From Chara braunii (Eukaryota; Plantae; Charophyceae): a stretch of 64,000 bases of DNA. Of this stretch, positions 11,691 to 24,240 are shown one piece after another; positions within the stretch are counted from its first letter, which is position 1; every line of letters starts with the position of its first letter. The stretch is from the NCBI GenBank assembly GCA_003427395.1, contig BFEA01000026.1, positions 733,668 through 797,667 on the forward strand, given 5' to 3'. The notes under the pieces were generated by a model. That model saw only the letters and a list, made by a program, of their open reading frames with translations, was not told where the DNA came from and did not search any database. Position numbers and translations under genes: made by a program.

Positions 11691-11783
11691 AGGGTGCCAA
11701 TTTGTTGCCTCCCTCTTTTTCGGTTCAGCTTTTTTTTTTTGGTTCGTCTCCTCGTTTGTTGCTGTCGCACAGTTGCTCTGTTC

Positions 11784-11828
11784 AGCCTCCTGATGAGTAG
11801 GTGAAACTCCGACGAAACAGGTTGTCAC
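11784..11828 (+). ncRNA. Hammerhead ribozyme core, copy 2 (stem II mismatch; followed by an insertion)
   Basis: CTGATGA 11790-96, GTAGG/CCGAC, GAAA 11814-17, CAGGTTGTC ending at 11826. Confidence 0.65.
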
Positions 11829-12240
11829 TGGGGCTCGTTAGACACTCCTATTGAAATGCTCGTGCAAAAGGAAAAATTCCTTTTGGTTCAAAAGGAAATT
11901 TGGGCCCTTCGTTCCACCTGTCCTCGGGGACGACGCCCGAGGACATTTCCTTCGAGCAATGTCAGAAAAGAAAAGAGAAAAGAAAAATAAAATAAAATGT
12001 GCTGGAGGCCTTCAGCCAATAGGGTGCTGCCACGATCCAGATTCTCGGTTGTAACGTCTCTCCACCCATGTGCCTGCTCCTCTCCGCGAAACACGGATTC
12101 CTTTTGCCCAAAGGGACCTCGTGAGGTCCCTTGTGAGGTCCCTTGGGAAAAAGGAAGAAATGGCTGGGGAATCCTTGGAGCCCTAGGAATTTCCTTCGGA
12201 GTGTTTTCACTTTTTTTTTTCTGACTGCATCCCAGCCCCA
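11829..12240. mobile_element. ~410-bp insertion with TGGGGCT/AGCCCCA inverted termini interrupting the HHR repeat
   Basis: The repeat consensus gtcacagcccctcg is split into gtcac at 11824-28 and cagcccctcg at 12241. Ends are TG...CA with no clear TSD. Confidence 0.6.
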
Positions 12241-12309
12241 CAGCCCCTCGTTTGGTGTCTTCTTCTCCCTAAGGTTTACCGGGCAGCTCTGTTTGACGAT
12301 ATATATATA

Positions 12310-12355
12310 CCTCCTGATGAGTCGGTGAAACTCCGACGAAACAGTTTGTCACAGC
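12310..12355 (+). ncRNA. Hammerhead ribozyme core, copy 3
   Basis: CTGATGA 12314-20, GTCGG/CCGAC, GAAA 12338-41, GTC ending at 12350. Core identical to copy 1; lies in a 111-bp tandem unit (12241-12351, repeated to ~12428). Confidence 0.75.
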
Positions 12356-13404
12356 CCCTCGTTTGTTGTCCTCTTCTCTCTCTCTGCCTACGGTTTACCG
12401 GGCAGTTCTATTTGTGACGATATATATAAAATACAAATATGTAGTAGTAAAATCTGTATGGAATCGTGTATTTGTAATAGATATAATAAGATCATGTACC
12501 AAAACAATTTTATTTTTTTTCGTTTATACGAAAATTAATAGTTAGGCTACCGGAGTGGCCCGGGACCACGTGCCCGGCCGGGCAAAAAATGCAAATAAAT
12601 AAATAAGTAAATAAATTATTTTTGTTTTAAATTTGGTAAGGAATTTCGATGTGACACTGAGGCAAAAGTTGTTGAGTTTATTTTTCTGCATAACATAGAT
12701 TTTTTTCGGATTTGTTGGATTTTTATTTTTTTGCTGGGACCTTCCACGGTCCTTGCACAGCCGGGCCGCCCGGCTGGTAGCCTAGAAGTTTTCTTTCGGG
12801 TTTGTTGGATTTTTATTTTTTTCCCGGGACCTTCGTCGGTCCTTGCACAGCCGGGCCGCCTGGGAAAATAGGGTGACCTGGGCGGCCCGGCTGGTAGCCT
12901 AGATTAATAGTATATAAATGTAACCTAGATCAATAGTAAATAAATGTATAATACGATATACTAATAGAGGATGGAGATGTGAGAGGGTGCGTTTTCCACC
13001 ACCTAACGGAGTAGACCGGAATGCTGCATGCGTAATTTATAAGGGCCCGTGCACTTGTCGAATACCCACTCTTAGAATCAAAGAGGGGGAATAAACAGTT
13101 TTCTACACAAGGGAGAAAATAATTTTCGCCAACTAACAGAGTAGAAAGGAATGCTGCAGTTTTTGCCTCGGAGGTTGATGTGTGTTCTGCTATCATGAAA
13201 ATAGGGAAGGCAAAAAAAGAATCGTGTGCAAAGCATTGCAATGCGACCGTATAAAAGGGGGAGGGGGACAAAAAGAAGAAATGCGACAGTATTAAAAAAC
13301 AAAGAAGAATGCGACAGTACAAAAAAAAAATAAAAAATGGGACAGTACTGGTACAAGCAAACGTCACCTCACGGGACCTGTATGATACTTATCTCGAAGA
13401 AGAT

Positions 13405-13490
13405 GTGACAGTCTGGGTCCAGATGCGAGGTGACAATCTGGGTCCAGATGCGACGTGACAATCTGGGTCCAGATGAGACGTGACGTGACA
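13405..13490. repeat. 25-bp tandem repeat x3 (gtgacaatctgggtccagatgcgac)
   Basis: Direct inspection of the sequence. Confidence 0.85.
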
Positions 13491-13618
13491 GAAATGTCAC
13501 GAGCTCGCATGGGCCCAGCCTAAGGTAGAAGAGGACGCCACAGTGCCCTCACATACTTCCCCCATCCTCCATATCCACGTTATGGTTCCCCTCCATCCTT
13601 TCTCCCCCCCCTTCCCTC

Positions 13619-13681
<63 letters not shown>

Positions 13682-14465
13682 CCTTCTGGGCATGCCCCCT
13701 CCATCCTATTACATTTCTTCATCATCTTGCCCGATTTTGGTCACATCCTCTCAAGAGTCTCAACATCTTCGTCGTTGGCGTCGTATCCCATTTCTGTTGT
13801 CGTCATCTTATTCCAAGTTAGTTCTTGTCCCATTTTCGTTGTTGTCATGTTATCCCAAGTTAGTTCGCTTGTCCCATTTTAGTTGTCGTCATCGTGTCCC
13901 ATTTTTGTTGTCGTTTGTTGTTGTACAATGGGCCTCGCTTAGGCTTTTGTGCATGTGATCACATTTGTCCTATCACTCGCCAAATTTTTGGTCTTTTGTG
14001 AATGTGATCGGACAAATGTGATCACATGCACAAAAGACAAAATGTAAGATACACCACCAATGTTTTTGTCTTTTGTGCATGTGATCACATTTGTCCGATC
14101 ACATGCACAAAAGACAAAAAAATTGGCGGTGTATCTTCCCATGTTCTAGCGGGAGATTCTTTCTGATTTTGCACGTTTGGTGAGTAGTGCATTGAGCCCC
14201 AACATTAATCAACATACGCCAAGAAATCTCAACCTACAACATCAAACAATTTATGCGCCAAGTGTGCTGACAGCAATCTTTGTATTGCATAGGGACCCTC
14301 GGACCCGATTTCCAGACCAGGTGCAGCTCCCAACCAATAGATGGAGTCTTCCAACCGAGGACCACTTGGGGAGGGGGGGCTCTTATCACGTCCCCAAGTG
14401 GCACCCTCTAGCTGGAGTCGAACCAAAAAAAAAAAAGGAGTCTGAACCGCGGAACGGGTATGCAT

Positions 14466-15900
14466 TACCCCTCCTCTTGTTCGAGCCGATTACGTTCCTT
14501 GGCCACGGCGGCGGCCCTATCGTTGGCCTCCTGAATGAATGCCGCCAGGCGTTCCTCATAGGCCAGGAGGGATTCTCCCGCCTTCCAGTCCATGGCCTTG
14601 GTCTGTGATCAAGTGAGCAGTGTCATGCACTGCTGTGCCCGCAGTCGGAAGAGTCACCCGAGGGCCAATCTGATGGACTGGCCCAGTACCCGGACTGGAG
14701 GGGGAGGAATAGGTAGGAAGTAGACAAGTGGGAAGGATCGGACAGAGCCCAATTTGAACAGTTTCCTAATCAAAAAGAAGAAAAACAAAACTTTAAAATT
14801 CGAAAAAAGTCTGTCCAATCCCACTGAGTACCGAAGGTGATGCAGAAAGCAAATGTGAACCTTCGGTGCTCGAACTGCAGAGAATCAGAAAAGAAGGGTC
14901 TTTATAACTCAGAGTAGGAGTAGGTTGCAAACAGAAAAAAAAATGCCGTTTTTTTTTTTTTGAAAAAAAAGAACGGAATTTGCAGACCTACGCAGTGAAA
15001 GTGTAGAGGGACAGTTTCGGAAAAAGAATCGCGAAATTATCAAAATGCAGACATTTAACAATTAAACAAGGTAAAAAAAAAAATTATCGGAAAAAGAATT
15101 CTCGGAACGGAAAATAATTCTCGGAAACCAAATTTCTTGAAAAAATAATTTTTCGGAAAAGAATAAGAATTTCTTGAAAAAACAATTTCTCGGAAAAAGA
15201 AATGATTTCAGGAAAAGTAGGGTGAGAGCAATGTGGCGGTTGGTTCCAGGCAGTGGTGGTGGTTCAGGAATACCCGGGCAAGAGGAAACCGTCTGGTAGC
15301 TGTTCACAGATCCAGAGGCCTGTTTTTTTGGGAGAGGAAACACTCAATTCCGAGTGCCCTGGGTCAGGGACCATAGGAACAGTATATTGGTCGTTCAACT
15401 TGAGAGGATGACAGGTGGGAGCAGCCTGTGCCAGGGCACTCGGTTAGGGTGTTGTTTTTAGTGTTCTCCATAACGACTGATTCACAATTTCTTTTGGACT
15501 TTTTAAAGTTGTTAATCGAACCTTCTCTGAATTTCAAAAGATTTGATAACCATCGCTATTTTTGCAGGCATTTGTTCAAGTGCCTAGTTAATGGACCAGG
15601 ACACTCGGTTCGTTAGGGCCGCGGTGGGCCGTTAGGAGAGTGTCAGTAGGGCCCGGACCGGTTTCCTCTGGGCCAAGTTAGTCCCGGACTTGGTATAGGC
15701 TAGAGTTACACTGATTGGCCTAATGCCATAGTCAGGAAGAGTAACAAAAGAATGTCCAAGGTCTCCCTTTCTACTTTACAGCCTAGACCAGAGTACCAGG
15801 CATAATTTCTGGAACTCGATAACAGTGAGTTCCGCAGGCAGCAGGCCTGTAAGCTAAGCAGGCTGATGCTGTCGGTACTCTGGGTTGAATTGTGAGGTCC
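14466..15900 (-). mobile_element. Probable LTR-retrotransposon 5' internal fragment (leader plus truncated gag N-terminus)
   Basis: Minus-strand MDWKAGESLLAYEERLAAFIQEANDRAAAVAKERNRLEQEEG (14593-14466) is a coiled-coil, gag-like start. Boundaries are approximate. Confidence 0.35.
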
Positions 15901-15982
15901 CCTGCCTCTTGCTTGAGATTATTAATGATTGGATTTGGAGGATTAACCAAAAAGAAGAAAAAGAAAAAAAAAGTATGGGATA

Positions 15983-16716
15983 ACCAACGGGCCTAGCTCA
16001 GAGGTGGACCCCACAGGGGAAAAACTCGGAAAAAACATCCCGCGACATGTTCCTGTGGCCTCCACAGGCAGTGGAAGAATGCCTGGAAGATCATTTTTCT
16101 TTAGGGAGCCCAGACCCCACCAGGCAGAAAAGAGTCGCGTGGAAAAGCAACGAAGGACTTTCCATGTCCAATTCCGGCTGGAAGTGCCCACATTCCGCAA
16201 ATCCACCGGAAATTTGTGGCAAACACAGGGGGTAGGGGGGGGGGCGGGGGGAAGGCCAGCATCTCCATCTGTTTTCCGAAGTTGAAAGACCGCGCAGGTC
16301 CACATGATGTCCGCCAGGCACGGCCCGTTGAAGGCTCCGGCTGGGCGACCACCCCGCAGGTCCACACCTGCCCCGCTCAAAGTCAGACGGCGGACAGAAT
16401 GGCAGAAGTGGTCCAAATCCACTTTTTTGGAAAAAACACCGCCAGATTGCTGGAAAAGTGGCTGTGCGGTGGGGTCTCTTTTTTTTTTCCGGAAAAAAGC
16501 TTACACGCTCTCCGCCTCAGATTTCCAGGGACGTGCGTTTTTCCAGCCTTTTCCCTGTGGGGTCCACCCCTTAGTTGGCACACCCCTGAACTGTTGAACC
16601 ATAGACCCAAGTTCGGCAAATCCAGATGCAACCAGATGAGCAGAATATAATTAGTCTGAATTATCTGGGGCCAGTCAGTCCAAGTATGATATCCCAAGAG
16701 GCTGTCACCCTTTCAA
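15983..16716 (+). mobile_element. tRNA-derived SINE (family 1) split by a MITE
   Basis: accaacgggcctagctca|...|gttggcacacccctgaactgttgaacc...aagttcg aligns with the intact copy at 47754-47924. Confidence 0.75.
16001..16570. mobile_element. 570-bp non-autonomous PIF/Harbinger-like element
   Basis: TIR GRGGTGGACCCCACAGGG at both ends; 3-bp flanks TCA/TTA (TWA-like TSD); inserted in the SINE A-box. Confidence 0.8.
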
Positions 16717-16882
16717 AGAAAAACCCAAAAAAGTAGGTGGTAAGGTGGTCTCACAAGTTGGCTTGGGAGTGCTTTTATATTTTTGTGCTTGGGATAACCC
16801 CTTTACAACTCCTCTGGAGGAGATGCACTCGAAAAGCCAAAGGAGGATATATTTTGGCTCCCTTTTCTTCTTTCTTCCCGGC

Positions 16883-16966
<84 letters not shown>

Positions 16967-16974
16967 TTTCCCCC

Positions 16975-17006
<32 letters not shown>

Positions 17007-17175
17007 GCTCTTTGTAGTGCGTTGTTTCTTTGCAGTAATGGGGGAAAGGCCCCAGTTATGGCTGCCCATATTGCACACAGGATTCCTAGAGAGATGCCCA
17101 TCTGGCAAAGGAAGCTCTATATCTTCTGTACCAAGGTGGTCCAAGCTTGCGAATTACCCCTTCGGGCATTTAGCT

Positions 17176-17318
17176 TGGACATATTCCTGGCCACAAATTT
17201 GGCGGTTTTGAACCGAAATTGGACCTAGACATTCCTGGCCGCAATTTTGACGTTTTTTAACCAAAATTGGACCTAGACATTCCTGGCCGCAATTTTGGCA
17301 TTTTTGAACCAAAATTGC
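17176..17318. repeat. ~50-bp tandem repeat x3
   Basis: gacattcctggccgcaattttggcgtttttgaaccaaaattggaccta units. Confidence 0.85.
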
Positions 17319-18549
17319 AGGTCCAACAGGTGGGAACCGGGTAAGCGCTGACAATTCCGGTTAATGCTGAAATTGTTGGATGTATTTTCTTCTTTCTCCT
17401 CGAGGAGGAGCCACAGGAGCTCAGGGACACTGGACCCGTTTTCCAGGAGCTGAAACTGAGTAATGGCCTCAGTGTTCCGTCATGGTTCAGTCTCCGGGTT
17501 GTTTGTGGGGAATTCCCGGCCCGAAGGTCCTTGAGTAATAAAATGTTTGTCTTTTCAAAAAAAAAAGAAAAAGAAAAGGCTGACGTTGTGGCCCAGAACG
17601 TCAAAGTTAAACCACCAGTATTTTGTGACTCTTCCCTTGCCGAGGCTCGAAAAGCACTGGGCACCAGAGGAAAAGAAACCGGCATGGTCTCCTTTTCGCT
17701 GGCACCCCAGCCATTTTTCACTTGCCAATGCCGGAATTGCACCCGCAGCCATTTTTCACTTGCCAATGCCGGAATTGTGGACAGGAACGTCGAAGTTAAA
17801 CCACCAGTACCTACCGCATTTTTCGTACCCCCTGGCCTCAAATGAATTGGGACTGGAGGGGCAGGCCGATTCGGCTTCCGTGTTAACGGCCACCCTAACC
17901 GGTAGGTACTGGTGGTTTAACCGCCAGTACGTTTCGACTCTTCCCTTGCCGAGCCTCGAAATGTACTGCGCCCCAAAAAGAAACAAACCCACCTGAAATG
18001 CGCTGTGTGACCCACATGATCTTTTTTTTTTTTTTTTTTTAATGTGGTCCGATGGACCACGGATCAGATGTTGAACTGATCAGAACAGATACTACACTTG
18101 ATTTCAGGGCCTAGTTGCACCACTTGACATCCACCAGCATTGTGAATGCATCGGGACATGTAATTTGTTCAGATGGATTCAAAATCTTGGACCCCCAAAC
18201 CCGGGGACACGGGCCAAAGGGCTAGAAGGGCAAGTGGTGCAACTAGCCCCTCAGCCAAAAGGCCGATAAAGGTATATGCATGGTTTTCTTTTTGCTGGCA
18301 CCCCCAGCCATTTTTCCCTTGCCGAGCCTCAAAAACCACTGCGTGCCAGAAAAAAAAAACAAACCCACATTGTCTTCTTTTGGCTGGCACCCCCAGCCAT
18401 TTTGCTCCGGTAGGCCGCCCCCAAAGACTTGCAGCCGCATGCTTGCGGGGGCGGAGAAAATAGAGTGGCTGGGAATCGTACTGGTGGTTTGAATGCCCAA
18501 AGGAGAATTTGTTTAGTTAATCATCATTCTGGGTCTTGCTCCACTGCTG

Positions 18550-19097
18550 TCCACTGTCTGAAAACTCTCCACGCTGAATGCCGAAGGACTCTCCAACTCG
18601 TGGTGGTGCCAGAAGGCACGGTGGCGGCACTACAAGACGCGGCGTGAGCAGCATTTTGTCCGCCCAGACTTGAGGCGAACTCTCGAAAACCGAGTGCCCA
18701 TGGGCCTCTCGGTTGAGGACTCTCAGAAAAACGGCCTTTGCAGGTGGGCTACTGTCCAACTTTGGAGAGTGCCGCTTACCATCCACCACTCTGAATGCCC
18801 AAGGACTCTCCAACTTGTGATGGCGCTAGAAGGCACGGTGGCGGCATTACAAGACGCGGCGTTAGCAGCATTTCATCCACCCAGACTTGAGGTGAAGGCG
18901 GCATTACAAGACGCGGCGTTAGCAGCATTTCATCCACCCAGACTTGAGGTGAACTCTCGGAAACCGAGTGCCCACACGCCTCTTTGTCGAGGACTCTAAA
19001 AAAGACGGTCTTTGTAGGTGGGGCCCGTGGACCTCTTGGTCGAGGACTCTCAAAAGAAAGGGCCTTTGCGGGCGAGTCACTGTCCAACCGTGGAGAG
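18550..19097. repeat. Nested tandem duplications (~215-bp unit with a ~58-bp sub-duplication)
   Basis: aaggactctccaact...ggcggcaYtacaagacgcggcgt...cccagacttgagg is repeated. Confidence 0.75.
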
Positions 19098-19559
19098 TGG
19101 TTTGGGTGGCAGATTTCTGACAGCTATCAAACTCGAATCGAGTTGGATAGTTAGTGGAGTTGTGCACTACTCGCCAATTATGGACAGTGACTGNNNNNNN
19201 NNNNNNNNNNNNNNNNNNNNNNNNNNNNNNNNNNNNNNNNNNNNNNNNNNNNNNNNNNNNNNNNNNNNNNNNNNNNNNNNNNNNNNNNNNNNNNNNNNNN
19301 NNNNNNNNNNNNNNNNNNNNNNNNNNNNNNNNNNNNNNNNNNNNNNNNNNNNNNNNNNNNNNNNNNNNNNNNNNNNNNNNNNNNNNNNNNNNNNNNNNNN
19401 NNNNNNNNNNNNNNNNNNNNNNNNNNNNNNNNNNNNNNNNNNNNNNNNNNNNNNNNNNNNNNNNNNNNNNNNNNNNNNNNNNNNNNNNCCCCCCCGCCCC
19501 CCCAGAAAGAAAAAGAAAAAAAGAAAAAAAGAAAAAGAAAATGGAGTTTCTCAGTGGAT

Positions 19560-21760
19560 TTGAGCTGTATTCAGCAAGCACAGTACAACCCTGGACTCAG
19601 ATTTTGAAAAAATTGAGTGGATGGCCCTCTAGTGACTGTTGGCCAGACCTCCTATGGGTCGGCCGACCGGTAGGCAAGAAAACCGATGAGCTGTTTGATA
19701 ATCGTTACATGTTCTGTGACATTGGATGGATACAGCTGTTACTTCTGGTTTTTCTTTGGCTGTAGTACCGCTGTGGAAGCATGGACAAAGGATTTTCTTT
19801 GTTCCCTGGTTTGGACTTGGGGACCTGCTTGCCTGCCTCTGTGGTGCTCAAGGAAAGGTAAAAAAGTAATAGATAAGAAAAGGAAGAAGATAAATGGAAT
19901 TGGGAGGAACGGTTAGACTGGACTGTCTGCAGCCAGAGCATGCGTCAGTTGCCGTTCGGCAGATTTACAGATTCTACGGTGTTCAGGAGCACAATGCACC
20001 CTGATCATCAATGTGTGTACATTGTACACTATTGTTCCGGTCTGATACCGCATGGATGAGGATGCTAGGTGTTTGGGTAAAGACAGTAGCCGTCGATTAC
20101 AGAGATCTGCCAGACGCACCGGGGGAAGACAGTAGGGCTGAACTCATCTGGGCCAAGGCGCAACCACCGTCTTCCCCTGGCTGTTCTCCAGGTTCATTAT
20201 AGCTGCATTTAGGGGAAATTTCAGTTTTAGATACAGTGATGATGGCTGTACGTTCTATTCAGGGAAAGATGGTAGGAGGATAGATTTTGTCGGAGCAGTT
20301 TTCAACGGTATGGCCATGAGTATGGGTATATGAGATTTTCCGGCAGGGAACCGCTGCCTGGGGTCATGCCTCGCTTTGCTGAGGTTTGGTTTTGGTGTGC
20401 AGTCATGTGACAGCTCGTTATCTGAGGCCGTTAGATCAGGGTCTGCCGGAATAGATCAGCTTTATCTACTAGTATTATTATGGAATTAAAAAGAAAATGA
20501 AGTATAGCAGTGACAGTGTACCTGACGACACGGCGATCTTCAGGCACATGAGTCAGCGGAGGAACAAAACCAGGCACACCTCTTTTCTAGCCCATTGCGA
20601 GTAGGCTATAGATACTGACTGCGTGGTTCTGTTCCTCTGGATGCTCATGTAACTGCTTAGTTTGTAGTTTGATGATAGTGCATTATATACCCTCTTCAGT
20701 CTTGGATGTGATAGAAAAAGTAGTGTAGAGAATCTTCATGTTTTCTGGCAGGGGCACGTGGCATATTTGGAAGGAGTTAATCTGTGTTTTACTAGGGGGT
20801 CCAAGACAGGCACTTCCTTTCCAATGAGACCAGTGTAGTTCTCTGAGTCCAGCTAACTCATTAGTGGATTTATCATGGTTTGGACAAACTGTGTAGCTAG
20901 GCAATGATTTACATTAATCCCCAGGGCTTTTTCTTTGCCTAGGGCGAGTGATGCGGTTACTCTCCAGATTTGACTCTGTGGGCCTGACTCCACTACACAA
21001 CACTGGACATGCATTTGGACACAGTTGCATTTGGAAAATACCACCGTTGGGAATGTATCCAGTCAAGAAAGCATCCTATGTAGTGGAGCGAGGCCCTGTG
21101 ATGCATTCGATTGGAAAAGCTGGGTGCTGTTCCTAGTGTGTACTGGCTTCCATAAATAGAATGGAGCTTTTTTTTTTTTTTTTTTTAACGAGTTGCCTCG
21201 CTCTTTTTCGTTTCTTTTTTCTTCTTTATTTTTCCCTTCTGGATTTCTCCCTGGTGTAGATCTTTGGCCCCTCCTCATGGTGTGCACGTGTCCGTCTTCT
21301 CCTTGTCGGTAGATTTCGTTCAACGAGGGGTGAGGTGTTGAAGTGTGCACTTCGGGATCGGCACTTTCCTGTCAGCTCGCTGAGACGTAGGGTTATGATT
21401 TTGCAGTGTTTTTTTGCCACAAAAAAGACCTACAAGGGGGTACTCACAATAGGGACTTTCTTGGACGTCTCTGACTGCAACCATGGCTGGATTCTTAGGA
21501 AGGGCTAAGTGTGATTCTGCCTTTCCTGTATGAGTTTTGGTTTTGGTTTCGTCTTGTCCTACCTTTTTGGCTACCTCTGCGTCTTCTTTCCTTCATCTTG
21601 CGTCTATGCCTCTCCTTCTTCATAGTTGCCTAACTGTTTTTGGGCGGTCCCTTTCGGATTGGGCCTGTGTATCATGGTTTGGACAAATCGTGTAGCTAGG
21701 TAAATGATTAGGTTAATCTGCAGGGCTTGGCCTATTGGGCTTGGGCCTGTATATCTTTCT
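19560..21760 (+). pseudogene. Highly degenerate LINE (L1-like) 3' remnants
   Basis: Trp-rich fragments (EVWFWCAVM*QL; LDVIEKVV*RIFMFSGRGTWHIWKELI) resemble the zf-RVT/C-terminal region. A segment is duplicated at 20867-20927 and 21668-21727. Weak support. Confidence 0.3.
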
Positions 21761-22139
21761 TTTTCAGAACCTACCACTACTCCTGAGGCTATACAGGGGA
21801 CCTCTGCAAGCATAGCTTTCTACCTCTCTTCGGTGAAGGGAGGTTACCTCTCTCGGTGGAGAGGGGTAGTGGCAAGTTTGGCCCTTCGCCCTAGCGTTTA
21901 GGGTGCAGGTTGTGGCAAGTTTGCCCTTTTGCCCTAGCGTTTAGGGTGCAGGTTGGGGCCGCGGGTGGGGCCCCGGCTAACACAAGGATCGAGCATTTGC
22001 CAGTAACTGTGCCTCCCTTTTCGTCTTCCCCCACCCCCATTGAATAACAGCAGTGTCTAAAGCCCAACACTCTCCCACACACCACACGCAACCCACTCAC
22101 ACACGCACTCACACCCGTGTTGGCTGAAGACCTCACTAA

Positions 22140-22268
22140 TAATGACTGGGAGGATCCAGCTGACTATCTCGGTTGGTTGGCACCAAGAGTGCTACGGGCG
22201 GCCATGGGGATTGAGCCCAGGACCTCCCTGAATGCCACTTGCGTGCCTAACCAATTAAGCAAGGCTAT
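22140..22268 (-). mobile_element. tRNA-derived SINE (family 2)
   Basis: Reverse complement gccttgcttaattggttaggcacgcaagtggcattcagggaggtcctgggctcaatccccatgg has A/B-box-like motifs and is homologous to the copy starting at 22870. Confidence 0.55.
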
Positions 22269-22869
22269 TGGATGTGTGTCTTTTTTCCTTTTCCTCCCCT
22301 TTGTTCTTATGAAAACAAAACCAATCCAATTTATGATCAACAATACAACAACTTTTGAGGCGAGGACTGAACAATTCGACCTTGGGGTACGCCTACAGTC
22401 CAGCTCGAACTGGTGACTAACACCTCACCTAATCTCTGTTTGTGACAACTTGTGCGTCAAACTCTGTTTCTGATAACTTTGTATCAAAACTTCCTACAAA
22501 AGTTTTCCACCCTAAGTTCCTTCTCTTTTCTTCCACACCTATTGGTCCCCGGGACTAACCGGCCCAGTGGAGCAAGCTCCCAGTACCCACCAACACTCTC
22601 CTATTGGCCCACTGCGACCCTGTTCAACCAAGTGCCGTGGTTGTGCTCTTGGCACCATCTCTCTCACTAATCAATTTCACCGAGTGCCCTGGTCAGTCTT
22701 TTGTTTTCGGTTGCTTGCCAGAACGGAAATTTTATTAGCACAAAGAGGCCCTCTGCCCAAAGTAATACAACAATTAAGGCATCATCGAGTGCAAGCAGTG
22801 GTTGGTTGACAGGTCCTCTCGCCTAATAACACGACTTTTTATGTCGCATCAGAGTTTGATAGGACCTGC

Positions 22870-23010
22870 GGGCCTAGGCCAGTTGGAAAGGCACAGAAGT
22901 TGCATTCAGGAGGTAGTGGGTTCAATCCCCATGGGCCTCACGTTCGTGCCTGGGCAAGCTTGGTGTTCTACCAGCTAGCCAGCATTGGCAGGACCTTAGT
23001 ATTGTTGGTT
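22870..23010 (+). mobile_element. tRNA(Ala-like)-derived SINE (family 2)
   Basis: A box taggccagttgg, anticodon-like ttgcatt, B box gggttcaatccc. The 3' end is approximate. Confidence 0.6.
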
Positions 23011-23809
23011 GCTATGCAACAATCATATTGGCTATTAGACACCGCTAATGTGGGTTTGGAGGTGGGTAGGGGGGGGGGGTGCGAGTGACTGGCCACAGAT
23101 GCTCGGCACTAGCATCGCAGGTTTCCCCTGTTGGCAATGCCTGATCACCCCACATCATCGTTATGAGGGGCCAATACAAGCCTTGTCATCTTGCCCAAGA
23201 AACAAACAAATTCCGTGCCGCACGAAAAGCCACAAAAGAAGAAAAAAAAAGCGCGAAACGACAAACGCACGGCCGCGAAACAGATGATGCGCGAAAAGCG
23301 ATGGAAGAATAAGAAAAAAAAGAGGGAAACGACAGACGCGCAGGCGCGAAACAGACAACGTGACAACCGTGACGACGAAAGATAAAAGAAAAATACGTGC
23401 GGCCACATGCTCTCGCAGCGCTGCTGTGGAGCCAACGTACCCCGTGGGCTGGGGAGAGTTCCAGGTTTGGTTGGGTGGTGGTCCCCCATACTATATGACT
23501 AGCGAGAGGGTGAGATAGATGAGGAGAATATACAAAGAAGACTGAGAGAAGAATATGGATTAGTTATTTTGAAAAAAAAGAGTTTAATAGGGGGCAAAGG
23601 AGCCACGCGCGGGTTCAAAAACTTGGGTGGACGAAGAATTTTGGTGGAGATATTTCTGGGTATATTTTTGTTCTTTTCCATCGACGGTGTTCGAAAAAAA
23701 AATCAGCCTGTTTTATTTGGCCCACATCTTGGAGGAGAACTACTCTACCAGACTGCTTTATACGTTTTACTGCAACCGAATAAGTCGGACCGTCCGTGAC
23801 AGGATCCCA

Positions 23810-24240
23810 TCAGGCACTCGAGTATAACGGGATGGATTGCCTTCCCTTCACTATAAAATGCCCTGAATGTATCTGGGTGCTGGAAGTGGTCCACATGCAT
23901 TCAAAACTTTGGTGTAGTTTTGAACTTTGAAGGTATACTACAATTGCATGCACAGCTTTGACTAAATCAAGAACTTGGCAGCCATTCCCCATTTTCAGAA
24001 ACCACAGAAGATGGACACATCTGAGTTGGCCTTTATTTTTTTGGGTCTTTAATGTTTTTGTTCTGTTTTCCGCCGTGTCCCACATGGTGCCGCACGGGCA
24101 GAGTGGTGTCATTATCTCTTGCTAGTGGAACCGTACGACTGACTGTTAACATCCTTTGTTCTTGTGAATCATCTTCAACACTTTGGGCCTTGCCCCACCA
24201 CCCATCAAATGTGAAAAAGACAACCATTATTGCTTGCTAG
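23810..24240 (-). pseudogene. Possible hAT transposase remnant
   Basis: VVFFTFDGW (first catalytic Asp context) and CVHLL...VKAVHAIVVYLQSS (C-x-x-H-like region) occur in different frames. Confidence 0.3.
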
